A DNA stretch of 64,000 nt, taken from contig JBHGNT010000002.1 in NCBI GenBank assembly GCA_043228905.1, forward strand, positions 20,708,001 through 20,772,000, read 5' to 3'. This DNA comes from Azolla caroliniana (Eukaryota > Plantae > Polypodiophyta). This document shows, piece after piece, positions 38,673 to 51,300 of this stretch; within the stretch, counting starts at the first letter, position 1, and each line of letters begins with the position of its first letter. Below the pieces are notes generated by a model. It was not told the DNA's origin and did not search any database. It was given only the letters and a program-made list of their open reading frames with translations. The position numbers and the translations under genes were made by a program.

Positions 38673-41600
38673 TGTCATCTTGATATGGCAAGACTCGAAC
38701 CCATGACCTTGTGTTACATGGGTCGAGCTCTTGACCATTAAACTATATGTAGTAATACAAAAGATATTATTTTCATTTAAGTTTTACTATAGAAAATTGA
38801 TGTATATTCCAAATTTCTCTGGAACATTCTAGAAACTTCAAGAGTACTCCTGAGAACACTATAAAAGGAGGCACAAGGCATTATTTCGAACCAAATCAGT
38901 TCAACGCCGGACTTAAGCCTGATAGCTACTATTGTATATTCTCTTAACACAATATATATCTTTTGTTATCATCATTCTCTCTCTCTCTCTCTCTCACTCA
39001 CTCATTCTTTCCTTCTCTCGAGAGTTCTACACCTGCCTTAGTACTAATCCTCATCTTTTAGTACTAATTCCTTCTCTATCTTAGTATTGTTCGTGACAAT
39101 ACTTCTTTGTCTTAGTACTGCTCCTAACAGTTTGAACCAATTTTTTCCCGTCTCCTTTCTTCTCTTCCTTTATCTTCTTACTTCTCCGTCCCTTCATACT
39201 AATCTCTTATTCCTCTTTTCTCTCATACTATGGCCATTGTTAGCGCTCAAGAATATCAATCCGTTTTTTCGGAGTTGCAATGCTTGAAAGAGAAGTTTCT
39301 CCCATTGGAACAAGAAAATCAACAATTGTTGGGGGAGCTTCAACAAATCTCCTTAGAGAAGCAGCAGACACAAGAACAACATGGGGAACTAGCGTTACGC
39401 ATGCAATAGCTCGAAGCAACCATAATAGCAATGCAACAACAAGGACCCAGTACGCAAGGGGTTCATAAAGAACCCAAGATCGGCCTTCCAATGAAATTCG
39501 ATGAAACGCGATCACAGTTTAGAGGATTCCTTCATCAGGTACGATTAGTCATTAAAATGCATCAATCAAGTTTTGCAATGCTGTTGCCCCTAATACTTCT
39601 GGCAATACTCATGATATCCCAATGATGCATCACGAGTGGGTTTAGTAGGCATGGTGTTAAGTGGCTCAGCTTTGGCATGGTTCGCTCCGTTGTTAGAAAA
39701 GGAATCTCCTTTACTAAACAATTTTGAAGAGTTTTTAAGTGAGTTTAAAGCCTGTTTTGGAGATACTAACAGCATAAGGACAAAAATCAACAAAATCCGA
39801 CGATTACGTCAAGGTGATCGTCCAGCCTCTGCATACGTTGCAGATTTCCGCCTACTCACCTCCAATATCCCCTGGGATGACCAAGCACTTATGGAGCAAT
39901 TTCATTATGGTCTACGTAACGATGTTAAGGATTTAATCTTGACCTTCCCTGAAGAACCAAAGTCATTGACAGAAGCAATAAGTCGTGCGCTGAGATGCGA
40001 CAACCGTCTTTTCGAACGTCAGTTCCAAATGCCAAGGGCAAGATCAGAGCCCACCTATGCCTCAATGGTAGCAAAACCTTTTCCAAGGGAGTCATATAAT
40101 GCGTCTCCAGTGAATACTCCAAATCCGATGGAAATTGACACTACTGTCGTCGTAGACCATTATCAGAAGAAGAAAAGCAGCAACGCCGAGCAGGTACGAC
40201 TATGTCTTTATTGCGGTGGACCAGGGCATATTGCAATGAACTGTCCCCATAGGCCAAGAAGACAGGAGAACCAAATAGTTGCTAATTCCAATAGTCCTGA
40301 CAGTACTAATAGCCCAAATCTATCGAACAAATTTGATGTCCTTAGTCAGTTAGAAGAAGAGTTAAACGACTAAGTCCAGCCAAAATAGGAGCTGTTTGGT
40401 TGGATAGCCCTAGATCTGTGCAACCCATTAGTGGTTCCATTCCCTCTAAGAAAGTTAGCAATGTGTTCTTAGCCCAAGTAACCGTTAGTACTAAAAGTAC
40501 CTCTCCAGTACATGTCTCAACACTCCTAGATTGTGAAGCTAATTCTTGCTTCATGGATAGGAATTTTGCCCAAGCTCATCAGATATCCCTAAGAAAACTC
40601 CCGTGTCCAGCCTCTGTAGTAGTCATTGATGGTCGTCCCATTGCTTCCGGAAATATCATAGAAGAGTCAGAGCCCGTTAATATTGTCCTAGATAATTTAG
40701 CATGTGTAGTATCCTTTAATATAATTAGTATCCCAGAACATCCCATTGTTTTGGGATTACCATGGTTCGAATTACATAACCCAGACATAGATTGGAGAAC
40801 AAGAGAAATCCGGTATCGACAAACCCGAGGATCTACTCATAAGATTGCAACCATTTCGCTACATCAGTTGCGTGAGGAAGGACGCAAGGAAGAAATGTTT
40901 CTCTTCGCAGTATCAGTAAAACCCTCCAACACCACTAAAGAGTCCATCGTTCAACTTCCAGAGAAGTATCGTTATTATTCCGCCTCACTAATGCACCAAC
41001 AATCTTCCAACACATGGCAAATGATATATTCCGAGATCTCTTGGATGTTTGTTTGATTATCTATTTGGATGATCTACTGGTTTATTCGAAGACCCAAGAA
41101 GAGCATGATTCTCATGTACTATTAGTACTAAAATGACTTCGAAGAACATGGTCTTTATGCAAAGCTGGAAAAATGTAGTTTCGAGTGCAATTAGGTAGAA
41201 TTTCTGGGCTATGTCATTTCCTCGGAAAGCATCTCCATGGATCCAGCTAAGGTCAAAACGGTGGTAGAGTGGCAGACTCCAAGTTCGTTGCAAGATATGC
41301 AATGCTTTTTAGGCTTTGCCAATTTCTACCGCAAGTTTATACATGATTGCTCAAAGCTTCTTCTGCCTCTCACACAACTCACCAGGAAGGGACAATCGCT
41401 TGTTTGGTCTAATGAAACAGACATGTCTTTTGAGGGTCTTAAGAAGTCATTTACATCAGCTCCTATTCTGGCTCATGTTGATCTAGAAAAACCATTCATC
41501 ATCGAAGTAGACGTGTTAGATTTCGTGTTGGGTAGCATTCTATCACAACAAGGCGATGATGAAAAGCTCCATCCTTTGGCTTTCCACTCACACAAGTTTG

Positions 41601-43949
41601 ACGCCGCCGAAATCAACTATGAAATTCATGATAAGGAGATATTAGCAATAGTGGACTCTTTTACGCAATGGAGGCATTTTCTAGAGGGATCTTCTCATCA
41701 AGTCACTGTATTTAGTGATCACAAAAACCTTGCCTACTTTCAGAATGCTCGTGTGTTAAATCGACGTCAAGCTCGGGGGGCCCAATTCCTCACTCGTTTC
41801 GACTTCAAAATTACATCTCGTTTGGGGAAGCAACAAGGGAAGGCAGATGCATTATCACGGTGCTCGTATCTAGCATTGCGTCCTGGCGAGCTAGCTTTCA
41901 ATAACCAAAAGTAAGTAATCTTGGGACCAACACGACTGCAAGCAATGCAGTTCTTCGAAATGCCCTTGGATTCCCACATTATCGATACCATACATGAGGA
42001 CTTGAAGACAGATGCTTTCGCCCAAGCCATTCTAGCACAAATTGATCCCTCTCGAGCATCTTGTTCACTGTCGCAACAACCAGGTATGAACTATTGACAA
42101 TTAGAATGTCATGATGGATTACTATTCTTTAAGAAACTCTTGTATGTTCCTAAATTATGGTTCTTGTCACCTTCGAGTAGTCCAAATCTGTCATGACACA
42201 TATACAGTTGGGCATTTTGGTAGTACTAAAACATTAGATTTAGTACAAGGATCATTCTGGTGGCCCCATATGCTACAATTTGTCGAAGGTTTTGTTTGGA
42301 CTTGTGATATATGTTGCAGAGCAAAAATGCCAAGGCATCATCCATGTGGTTTATTAGAACCATTACCAATTCCAGGCAAGCCGTGGCACTCCATTGCTCT
42401 AGATTTCATCATAGATCTTCTGATCTCTAAGGGATTTGATGCGATCGTAACAGTAGTAGATCGATATACGAAGATGGCCCATTTTCTACCATGTACTAAG
42501 GAAATCTCCATTGAGGAAACCGCCGAAACTGTCATGCGTGAAGTATGTCGGCATCATGGCCTCCCCGATAGTATCATCAGCGATCGTGGACCCCAATTCG
42601 TCTCGAAATTCTGGAAGCACCTCTTTAAAATGCTCAAGGTCACTTGTAACCTCTCCTCCGGCTACCACCCACAAATAGACGTCCAAGCAGAACGAACAAA
42701 TCAAATGCTGGAGGGGTATCTTCGGTGCTTTCTAAGCTATCATCAAGATGACTAGGCAGATATTCTCCACTTCGCATAATTTGAGTATAATAACTTTTTC
42801 CACTCATCGACAAAGGTTACACCATTTTATGCTTATATGGGTTGTCACCTCCCGGTGATGTGTATTTGAAACCCCAAAGTTACTCATAAATCCTTGTGCA
42901 GAGGATCGTTTGGAGCGGTTACGCAAGATACAAGCGGATTTATCTACTCATCTATAGCAAGCTCAACAAACAGACAAGGTTTACGCGGATCGTCATCGGC
43001 TTCCATCTAGTTTTAGCATTGGAGATCGGGTATAACTACTTTGACGACACATCAAGATTACTCGCCTATGCCAGAAGTTGGATTATTGGCGATTAGGTCC
43101 TTTCCGTATTATTGGAAAAATTAATGATGTTGCTTTTCGTCTCGATCTACCTCCACATATTCAGATACATCCGGTGTTTCATAGTTCTCTCCTCAAACCC
43201 TATCAAGACAACACCATCCCAAGTTGTATTAAACAACCTCCACCCCCGATCGAACTTGAAGATGGACTTGAGTACAAGGTTGCCACCATCCTCGATCCCA
43301 AGATTGTTCGCAACAGACTCTACTATTTAGTCGATTGGCCAGGATATTGTCCCAATGAGCGTACTTGGGAACCAATAGAGAATGTGACCAATGCTCGTGC
43401 TCTTCTTGAAGACTTCCATCGTCAATATCTAGAAAAACCGGGTCCTCAATCCAAAATGACTCATGACACTCGTCGTTTTAAAGGGGAGATAGTGTCATCT
43501 TGATATGGCAAGACTCGAACCCATGACCTTATGTTACATAGGTTGAGCTCTTGACCATTAGACTATATGTTGTAATACAAAGAATATTATTTTCATTTAA
43601 GTTTTACTATAGAAAATTAATGTATATTCTAGATTTCTCTGGAACATTCTAGAAACTTCAGGAGTACTCCTGAGAACACTATAAAAGGAGGCACAAGGCA
43701 TTATTTCAAACCAAATCAGTTCAACGCCGGACTTAAGCCTGATAGCTACTATTGTATATTCTCTTAACACAATATATATCTTTTGTTATCATCATTCTCT
43801 CTCTCTCTCTCTCTCTCTCACTCATTCTTTCCTTCTCTCGAGAGTTCTACACCTCCCTTAGTACTAATCCTCATCTTTTAGTACTAATTCCTTCTCTGTC
43901 TTAGTATTGTTCGTGATAGTACTTCTTTGTCTTAGTACTGCTCCTGACA
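38673..43949 (+). mobile_element. Ty3/gypsy chromovirus (Tcn1/Tf1-like) element 1, degenerate, RT N-terminus deleted
   Basis: 457-bp LTRs at 38673-39129 and 43493-43949. gag with [14 protein letters not shown], protease (LLDCEANSCFMD), RT/RNaseH, IN and chromodomain. PPT AAAGGGGAGATAG. No tRNA PBS. Confidence 0.95.
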
Positions 43950-45384
43950 TCGACTCACTCATTCTTTCCTTCTCTCGAGAGTTCTACACCTCCCTTAGTA
44001 CTAATCCTCATCTTTTAGTACTAATTCCTTCTCTGTCTTAATACTGTTCCTGACAGTACTTTTTTGTCTTAGTACTACTCCTAACATCGACAGTACCACA
44101 TGACATTATTAGAGCAAAGTTTAGTCTGCCCCCGATGTTAGTAGAAGCACTATTTTAAGTGGTAGTTTTTATTCATCAGATACATAGCCAACCACAAGAT
44201 AGGATATCATGTCGAGCCTTTGAGGCATCTCGATCCCTAGATGCATCTGGAGACACTAGCTCTTGGTATAGCACTGTGGTGAGTTGGTTACTTGCTAACG
44301 GCATAGACATTAATAACCTACCCCCCCTTAAGTACAACAATGGGACTGACCAAACTCTAATATCTCATGAAGACCGTAATAAAGTGATACGCCAAGAAAT
44401 ATGGCAAATTTACACTCGATATAAATGGATCACCCCACGAGAGCCACTCCCATCTAAAATGTTGTACTATAAGGAACACTTCTTGCACTTCTCTCAGTTA
44501 GTTTTATTACACAACCAAGATATCTAGATACATTCTTATCAAATGCACTAAGGGTGGCCATTGGACAACTTAGGATATCATCTCACCAACTTGAGATTGA
44601 GAATGGTCGGGCTAATAGAGTCCCTAGGGAGGAAAGGCTATGTAGGTTTTGCCACATAGAGATAGAGGATGAGTATCACTTCACATGCAAGTGCCCAACT
44701 TATGCTGAGATACGAGTGGCATACCAAGACATATTAGGACCCTGTCCCACCCTCTTCAAACTATTAGATACCCTGGATGTAAAGAGACTAGGTAGGTATA
44801 TCTTAGAGCTAAAACAACATAGGGAGAACCCTAAATTATAAAGTATTAACCATAACCCTTTTACTATTCATCAACTTGTAACTAGTGTAATTTTTCAGGA
44901 ACAAGGGGAGACGATGAATGTGGATACACTTATGCCGCTTGGCCTCTCTCTTGAGGAAGCCGAAACGCAAAGAACAACCAAACGCCCTCGGATGTTGGGC
45001 TTCAAAATAAGTCGACACAGAGTAGAAAGGATTAAGACGATAAGGGAACGTGAGCTACGTCGACTAGAAGCTTTGGTTGGGGTACCTTTTACATTGGGGC
45101 AACGAGCCACATCCACATCGAAACCCTTTGATCTCCCACTTCTCTTCGAGAGACTTGGATGGAAATGAAATTAGGCCTAGTATAACATCATTTTCATTGT
45201 AGAACATGTTTGTTATTTTATTTTACTAGAACTATTTAGCTTAAAACTCTATTTTTATTTTTATCTTTTACTTTCGATGAATGGGTAAATATCCCATTTT
45301 TTGTTGTAAACCATTTGTCTCATGGGCCAATTTTGGTCTTAGAAGACGTTAATATATCTTTCTTTCTTTCTCTCTCTCTTTTTG

Positions 45385-46249
45385 GTGAAAACACACAATT
45401 ATATTAATAAATGTGTGTAAAAAACAGTACTTACAATTAGTGTGACAATGGAGTATGGTCACCCACTAACTATAGTACATGGGTAGTGGAATATGTTGAA
45501 TTGCCAATAGGCAAGAAAAACACTCCACTGAGGAAATAATTTCCACTTGCACCAATAAAGAAAATTGCCACATTAGTACTCCCTTCAACTTTCGTAGATA
45601 TGCTTTCACTCCATGGACCATGTCTACCATCGAATACAAAAGCGTTGCGCATGTTCCAATTATTACGCAATCCCCAATATCTTAGAAATAGAAAAACGAT
45701 CTCCATCTCTGATTTTAGGTCAACCTGTGTAAATTGTGCAAACACAACTGTCTAGGTGTCAAATAATATTGTGATAAAACTTGCCAAATTTGAGAAATGT
45801 AACTCCAAATCTGACAAGCAATCGAACATTGTATAAATCGATGAGTATTATCTTCCATTTGAGTAGTGCAAAGAAAGCAATTACCCGTTGCTAGTCCATG
45901 ATGCTTTAGAGCTAATCCCAAAGGTAATCCTCCAATCAAAACTCTCCAAATGAAGACCTTTGCCACAAGTGACAATTTAGAATGCCAACTACATTGTAAG
46001 ATCTATCACCACCCATTATCAGATTTGTGTATTTTCCATTCTTCTTCAGCCTTAGATAATAGTCATCCAAGAGACTGAACAGAGCAATGATACAAAAGAT
46101 GAGTAGTTACTTGTAACAATGATGTTTGACCCCGTAAACACCAATCAATCCACGGTTGTTCTCTTGTTTGTAGAGGTAAGGGACCTTGTATCAATGCAAT
46201 ATTTTGTAGTTGTTGCCAAATAAACCCATAATTAGGTGTGATGTGTAAT

Positions 46250-46253
<4 letters not shown>
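45385..46253 (-). mobile_element. 5'-truncated L1-like LINE (zf-RVT region and 3' end) within a (CT)n tract
   Basis: AKVFIWRVLIGGLP...CFLC...EDNTHRFIQCSIACQIW (45715-45975). (CT)n lies on both sides. Confidence 0.8.
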
Positions 46254-46289
<36 letters not shown>

Positions 46290-48328
46290 AGTGTCATGTC
46301 ATAATAACATTTTATGTTAGTGTCATGTTTTCTTCATATTCGTGAATATACGTTTTATGAGTTTTTGAACATTCAATTATAATTTGTAATGACATATTTT
46401 GATTCGATCTCTATAGTTCATACTCATTTTTTGTAAAGTTCTAAAGTGAAGAGATTGGCACCTTTACTAGTTGTGAGATGAGAACATCGATAATTGCAAG
46501 ATGAGCTCATCATCAATACAATTATGTATTTGAACTATTTGATTATTATGTTCGTGCTTTCTAATCAATTTTTATGTTCATGCTTTCTAATGTTTAGTAG
46601 TTTTAGTAATTCCTAAGTTTTGAACTTTCAATTGTGTTGACATTTGATTCAATCAATATATAATATAGACCATAGTCATTTTTTGAAATTCCAATCTTTA
46701 TTTTTTTTTCCAACTTCTAAATCCTGTCCAACTTTGATATGATTTACCATACACGTTTGATTGATTCATCATTCTTGAATGCGAATGTACGTATGGTATG
46801 TATGATTCATTCTATGCCTACAAGTATAAAATTCAAGGGATTTTGTGGCTAAAACATATGTAGATAAGTAATACTTTATGTTGCACAAAGTTCCCAAAGA
46901 TATACAAACAATAATGGATGCTTTTTGGTAGTATAGTTGTGTTGTTATGTTGCAAATCAACCTCACTAAGTTAAAGTTCTTACCTTTATGTTGTCAAAAG
47001 AATCTATGAGAAGGGTGCGAAAGACAAATGCATATAATGTATAAAGTGTTTTGCAACAACCCCTTGATGTGTGTATGCATGAGTTTTTTGATGCAAATTT
47101 GTTGGGTATTTGGAGAGCACAAAGCTCTTCAGGATCGAAGGGAAAGGTTGACGACATTGTCTGTTGTGGACACACCGTGGTCTACAACTCCACACTTCTT
47201 CTCCCTCCGTCATTGATCATGGAGAGGATCCCATGCTTGAAAGAACTTTTTGGGTTCTATTGTGTGGGTTCCGTTGTCATGAAGATTTTCAGCAACGGTA
47301 TGAAAATTGTGTGCAACGAATGAAATCGAGAAGGTGCAATGTGCACGTGTGAAAGGGGTGAAGGCCACACGCATATGCTAGCATGTTGTAAATAGGATTG
47401 AAATGAGAATCGTAAAAGAAAAGCTAGATGTAAAGTTAAACATGTGCACGTGTGATGTGCGCTCAATTGTAAATATAAAAATAAGACTAAGACCTAGTAA
47501 CATCTAAGTGCATACATAGGGATGGAAGCAAGGCTTGAACCTTGCACCTCCAAGATAGGAGACAAATTTACTTACCATTAAAGCCACTATTGAGTGCTTT
47601 AGAATTTGTATATTTTCTTTTTCATATTCGGTATTTTGTAGGAAGCAAACATATAGAAACCGTGGGCACAAAACCATGGTTTTAGCCTGTGGCTTTAGCC
47701 CATGGTTTTTGCATGGAGAGACCTATAAAAGCTTATAGTTGGGCTTGTGTAAGGGAGGCAAGTGATGTAAGTAAAAAAAGAAACTTTTAATCAAAGATCG
47801 GAGTTATCCTAATGGTGATGTGTGTTGTCTCGTAAAACTAAAGTCAAGGGTTCAATCTCTCTCTCTCTCTCTCTCTCCATCTATCTATCTTCAATACTTT
47901 CTCGCTTACACTGCAAAAAACATCGAATCCTTCCGGTCCAAGACCCCGGTGGTCCTACTTCATTTCACGAACACACGAGGATTTCCTTAACATCTTACTT
48001 GGTGAACCCGACGTGAAAGAAGCGGTAGGAAGGATCAAGTCGAGGATCAACCGATAATTGGAGATGGCGTCCTCAAGCAATCAAGCAAGAGAGTTCGAAA
48101 GGATGATGCTAATTGTTGAGCAAATGATGAGATCTCGGGACAACGATGCGACCGTGGAGAAGGCTATCGATCGTGTCGTGAAGATCGAGGGTCAATTTGA
48201 TGGAAGGAACATTACAAAGTTCCTTGACGCATATAAAAGGGAGATGAATCAGAGGGATGTGTTTGAAGCACGTCAAATCTCAAGTTTCAAGAGAGTTGCC
48301 GCCAACAACGTCCAAAGGCGGGTCATCG

Positions 48329-51300
48329 TGTTACGAATCCACGCTCCGATTCACCTTCACCGTTCGGCCACAACCGAGAAATCACGAATCAATGCAGCAG
48401 AAAATAGGAAACACAGAGAAAGACACGATAACACAGGGATTAACGTGGAAAACCCTATACGGGAAAAACCACGGGAGTGCAAGACTCCAAACCAAAACTA
48501 TGCACAGAGAAATATACAATGGCGAGCTGCAAGGCGACGACCTTGAGCTCGCTGTCCTCGCCACAGGCGGCGGTATTACACAGAGGCGTCGACCTCTTCC
48601 TCTCTCACGCTCTATCTCTCTCACGGCTGCTCTCTCTTCACTCCTCTAGAGTGGAAAAACAGAAAAATGAGTAGCAACATAAAACTGTTTGCCCTAAGTC
48701 ATATTTATACACATATGACTTTAGGGCTATTTACAAATATAGCCTCCAGGGCCCTTGGCAAAACATATTCACAAATATGTCCCCGCATCCGGATCTCTCT
48801 CCGGGTACATTCATCATCCGGCTCCGTAGCCGGGTCTTCATCATCCGGCTCCGTAGCCGGGGTCTTCATCATCCGGCTCCGTAGCCGGGGTCTACATCAT
48901 CCGACTCCGTAGCCGGGTACTCTTCATCCGGCTTCATGCCGGGTACTCTTCATCCTCCGGTTCCGTAACCGCAACCGGGCTTGCCGTCATTCATCTCCGG
49001 ACATCCCATCCGGAGGGACCGAAAATCCCAACAAACTCCCCCTTCACTTCGGCATGGGATGTCTCTCCAATCCGATCCTCTTCCGGCATGCTTCCAGCTT
49101 GTCGGGTGTGAGCACCTTGGTCAGCATATCCGACCCGTTCTCGTCCGTGTGGATCTTCGTCAGCACGAACTCCTTGTCTTCTATCCTTTCTCGGATCCAG
49201 TGGTATCTACGCTGGATGTGTTTCGTCCGGGAATGGTAGGCCGCGTTCTTCGCAAGGTGGATGGCACTCTGACTATCGCAGTAGAGCCGGTACTCCTCCT
49301 GCCGGATACCGAGCTCTCTAATGAATTCCTTCATCCATATTATTTCCTTGCCGGCTTCAACAGCCGCCATGTACTCCGCCTCCGTGGTTGACAACGCAAC
49401 CGTCTTCTGCAGCCTCGACTGCCACGAAACAGCTCCCCCTGCATACGTCATCACATACCCGGATGTGGACCGGCTGGTATCCGCATCAGCCGACATGTCC
49501 GAATCGGTAAATCCATCGAGTTCGGGCTTACCGGAGCCGAATCGGAGGCACATGTTCGAAGTGCCCTTTAGGTATCGGAGTATCCATTTGACCGCGTTCC
49601 AGTGCTCTTTGCCGGGATTGCTCATGTACCGGTTCACCACTCCGACTGCATATCCTATGTCCGGTCGGGTACACACCATTGCGTACATCAAGCTCCCGAC
49701 GGCAGAGGCATATGGTACTTTCATCATGACCTCCTTCTCAGCCTTTGTCTTGGGGCTTTGCTTCCTGGACAGCTTGCAGTTTGCCGGGAGTGTTGACCCG
49801 ACCGGTCTTGCTTCCGACATGTTGAACCGGTGAAGCACCTTTGTCACGTACTTCTCCTGTGACAACCACAACTGCTTCTTCTTCCGGTCCCGGATGATGT
49901 GCATCCCTAGTATTTGCCTCGCCGGACCCAGGTCCTTCATTGAGAAGGTTCGGTGAAGAGCCTTCTTCAACATCCGTATCTTGACCTGGTCTCGTCCGAC
50001 GATCAACATGTCGTCCACGTACAGGAGGAGTATTAGAAAGTCTCCTCCTTCGAACTTCTTCACAAACACGCAGTGATCGGTCTGCGTTTTGTGGTACCCT
50101 TCGTCTGTCATGAAGGAGTCGAACTTCCGGTACCATTGCCGGGGAGCCTGCTTCAGACCGTAGAGGCTCTTCTTCAACCGGCATACCAGGTGCTCCTTTC
50201 CTTTCTTCTCGAATCCTTCCGGTTGCTGCATGTAGATCTCTTCTTCGAGGTCACCGTGAAGGAATGCCATCTTCACGTCCATCTGTTCTACCTCGAGGTC
50301 CATGCTTGCCGCTATGCTCAGCACCGTCCGGATGGAGGTCATCTTCACTACCGGGGCAAATATCTCGTCGAAGTCGACGCCCTTCTTCTGCTGGAACCCC
50401 TTCACCACGATCTTGGCTTTGTATCTCGGGGGGTTTCCGGCATCTCCCGGTTTCAGCTTGAACACCCACTTGTTTAGAAGTGCCCGCTTTCCTTTCGGCA
50501 ACTCCACAAGTTCATATGTGTGGTTCTCATGCAGGGAATCCATCTCCTCCTGCATGGCACTTAACCACCTGCGGCTATGTGTGTCAAGCTCTGCTTCTTC
50601 AAAACTCTCCGGCTCCCCCTCGTCGGTTAGCAGCACGTGCTCTGGTTCCGGAAATCTCCGGGGGGCCCTTCTCTCTCTTAGAGGATATCTCCGTTCCGGG
50701 GCTTCGGTAACCGGCTCCTCCATTTCCTCTTCATCCGAATCCATTTCGGGATCGGGGCCGGTTTCGGTATCAGTTTCATCTTCCTCGGCCGGTTCTGTTT
50801 CTTCACCGTCTTCGGCCGGATCCTCGAGTGCTAACCGGTCCCTTGCCGGTCGGGACTGCTCTTCGTAGAGTTGATTCTCACCGGTCGACTTTGAGCTCTT
50901 CATCTTCTTCTCCGACTCCCAGTCGGCGAGTGTCTTGTCCTCCATGAAGATGATATCACGACTCCTGAATATCTTCTTGTCGACCGGGTCCCATACTCGG
51001 TAGCCGAACTCGTCGTTGCCGTAACCGAGGAATATGCATGGCCGGGTCTTTGGATCTAGCTTTCCTCTCCGGTCCTTTGCCACATGCACATATGCGAGAC
51101 ACCCGAACACCTTCAGATGCCGGTAGGATACTTCCCTACCGGTCCACACTCTCTGCGGCGTGTCTCCGTCCAAAGGTACTGAGGGTGATCTGTTTATCAC
51201 GTATGTCGCCGTCGACATTGCCTCAGCCCAAAACCCCTTGGGTAATTTCGCATGCGCCAGCATACTCCGGACCCTCTCCATTATGGTCCGGTTCATCCTC

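Larger units (their letters stand above)
24301..45378 (+). mobile_element. RTEX-like LINE, ~5 kb when reconstructed (24301-24766 + 34883-38102 + 44087-45378), split by nested LTR elements; degenerate
   Basis: The ORF1 coiled coil (24546-24766) continues after TSD GAGAC into an L1-ORF1-like RRM/CTD (RLNVRVTGL...IYLDQDLT). ORF2 has APE (MTLWNCNG, FLVETH, VGDFNAR, STVDY, ADH), RT (YRTI, FVDFRKAFD, QCCPLS, FYAGD) and a C-terminal LRISSHQLEIENGR...CRFC...EDEYHF..CP. It ends in a (TCTT)n/(CT)n tail. Confidence 0.8.

Noticed and set aside
46966-47352. Possible gene fragment (KFVGYLESTKLFRIEGKG...)
   Set aside because: Interrupted by a stop, and I recognise no family. It would need a BLAST search.
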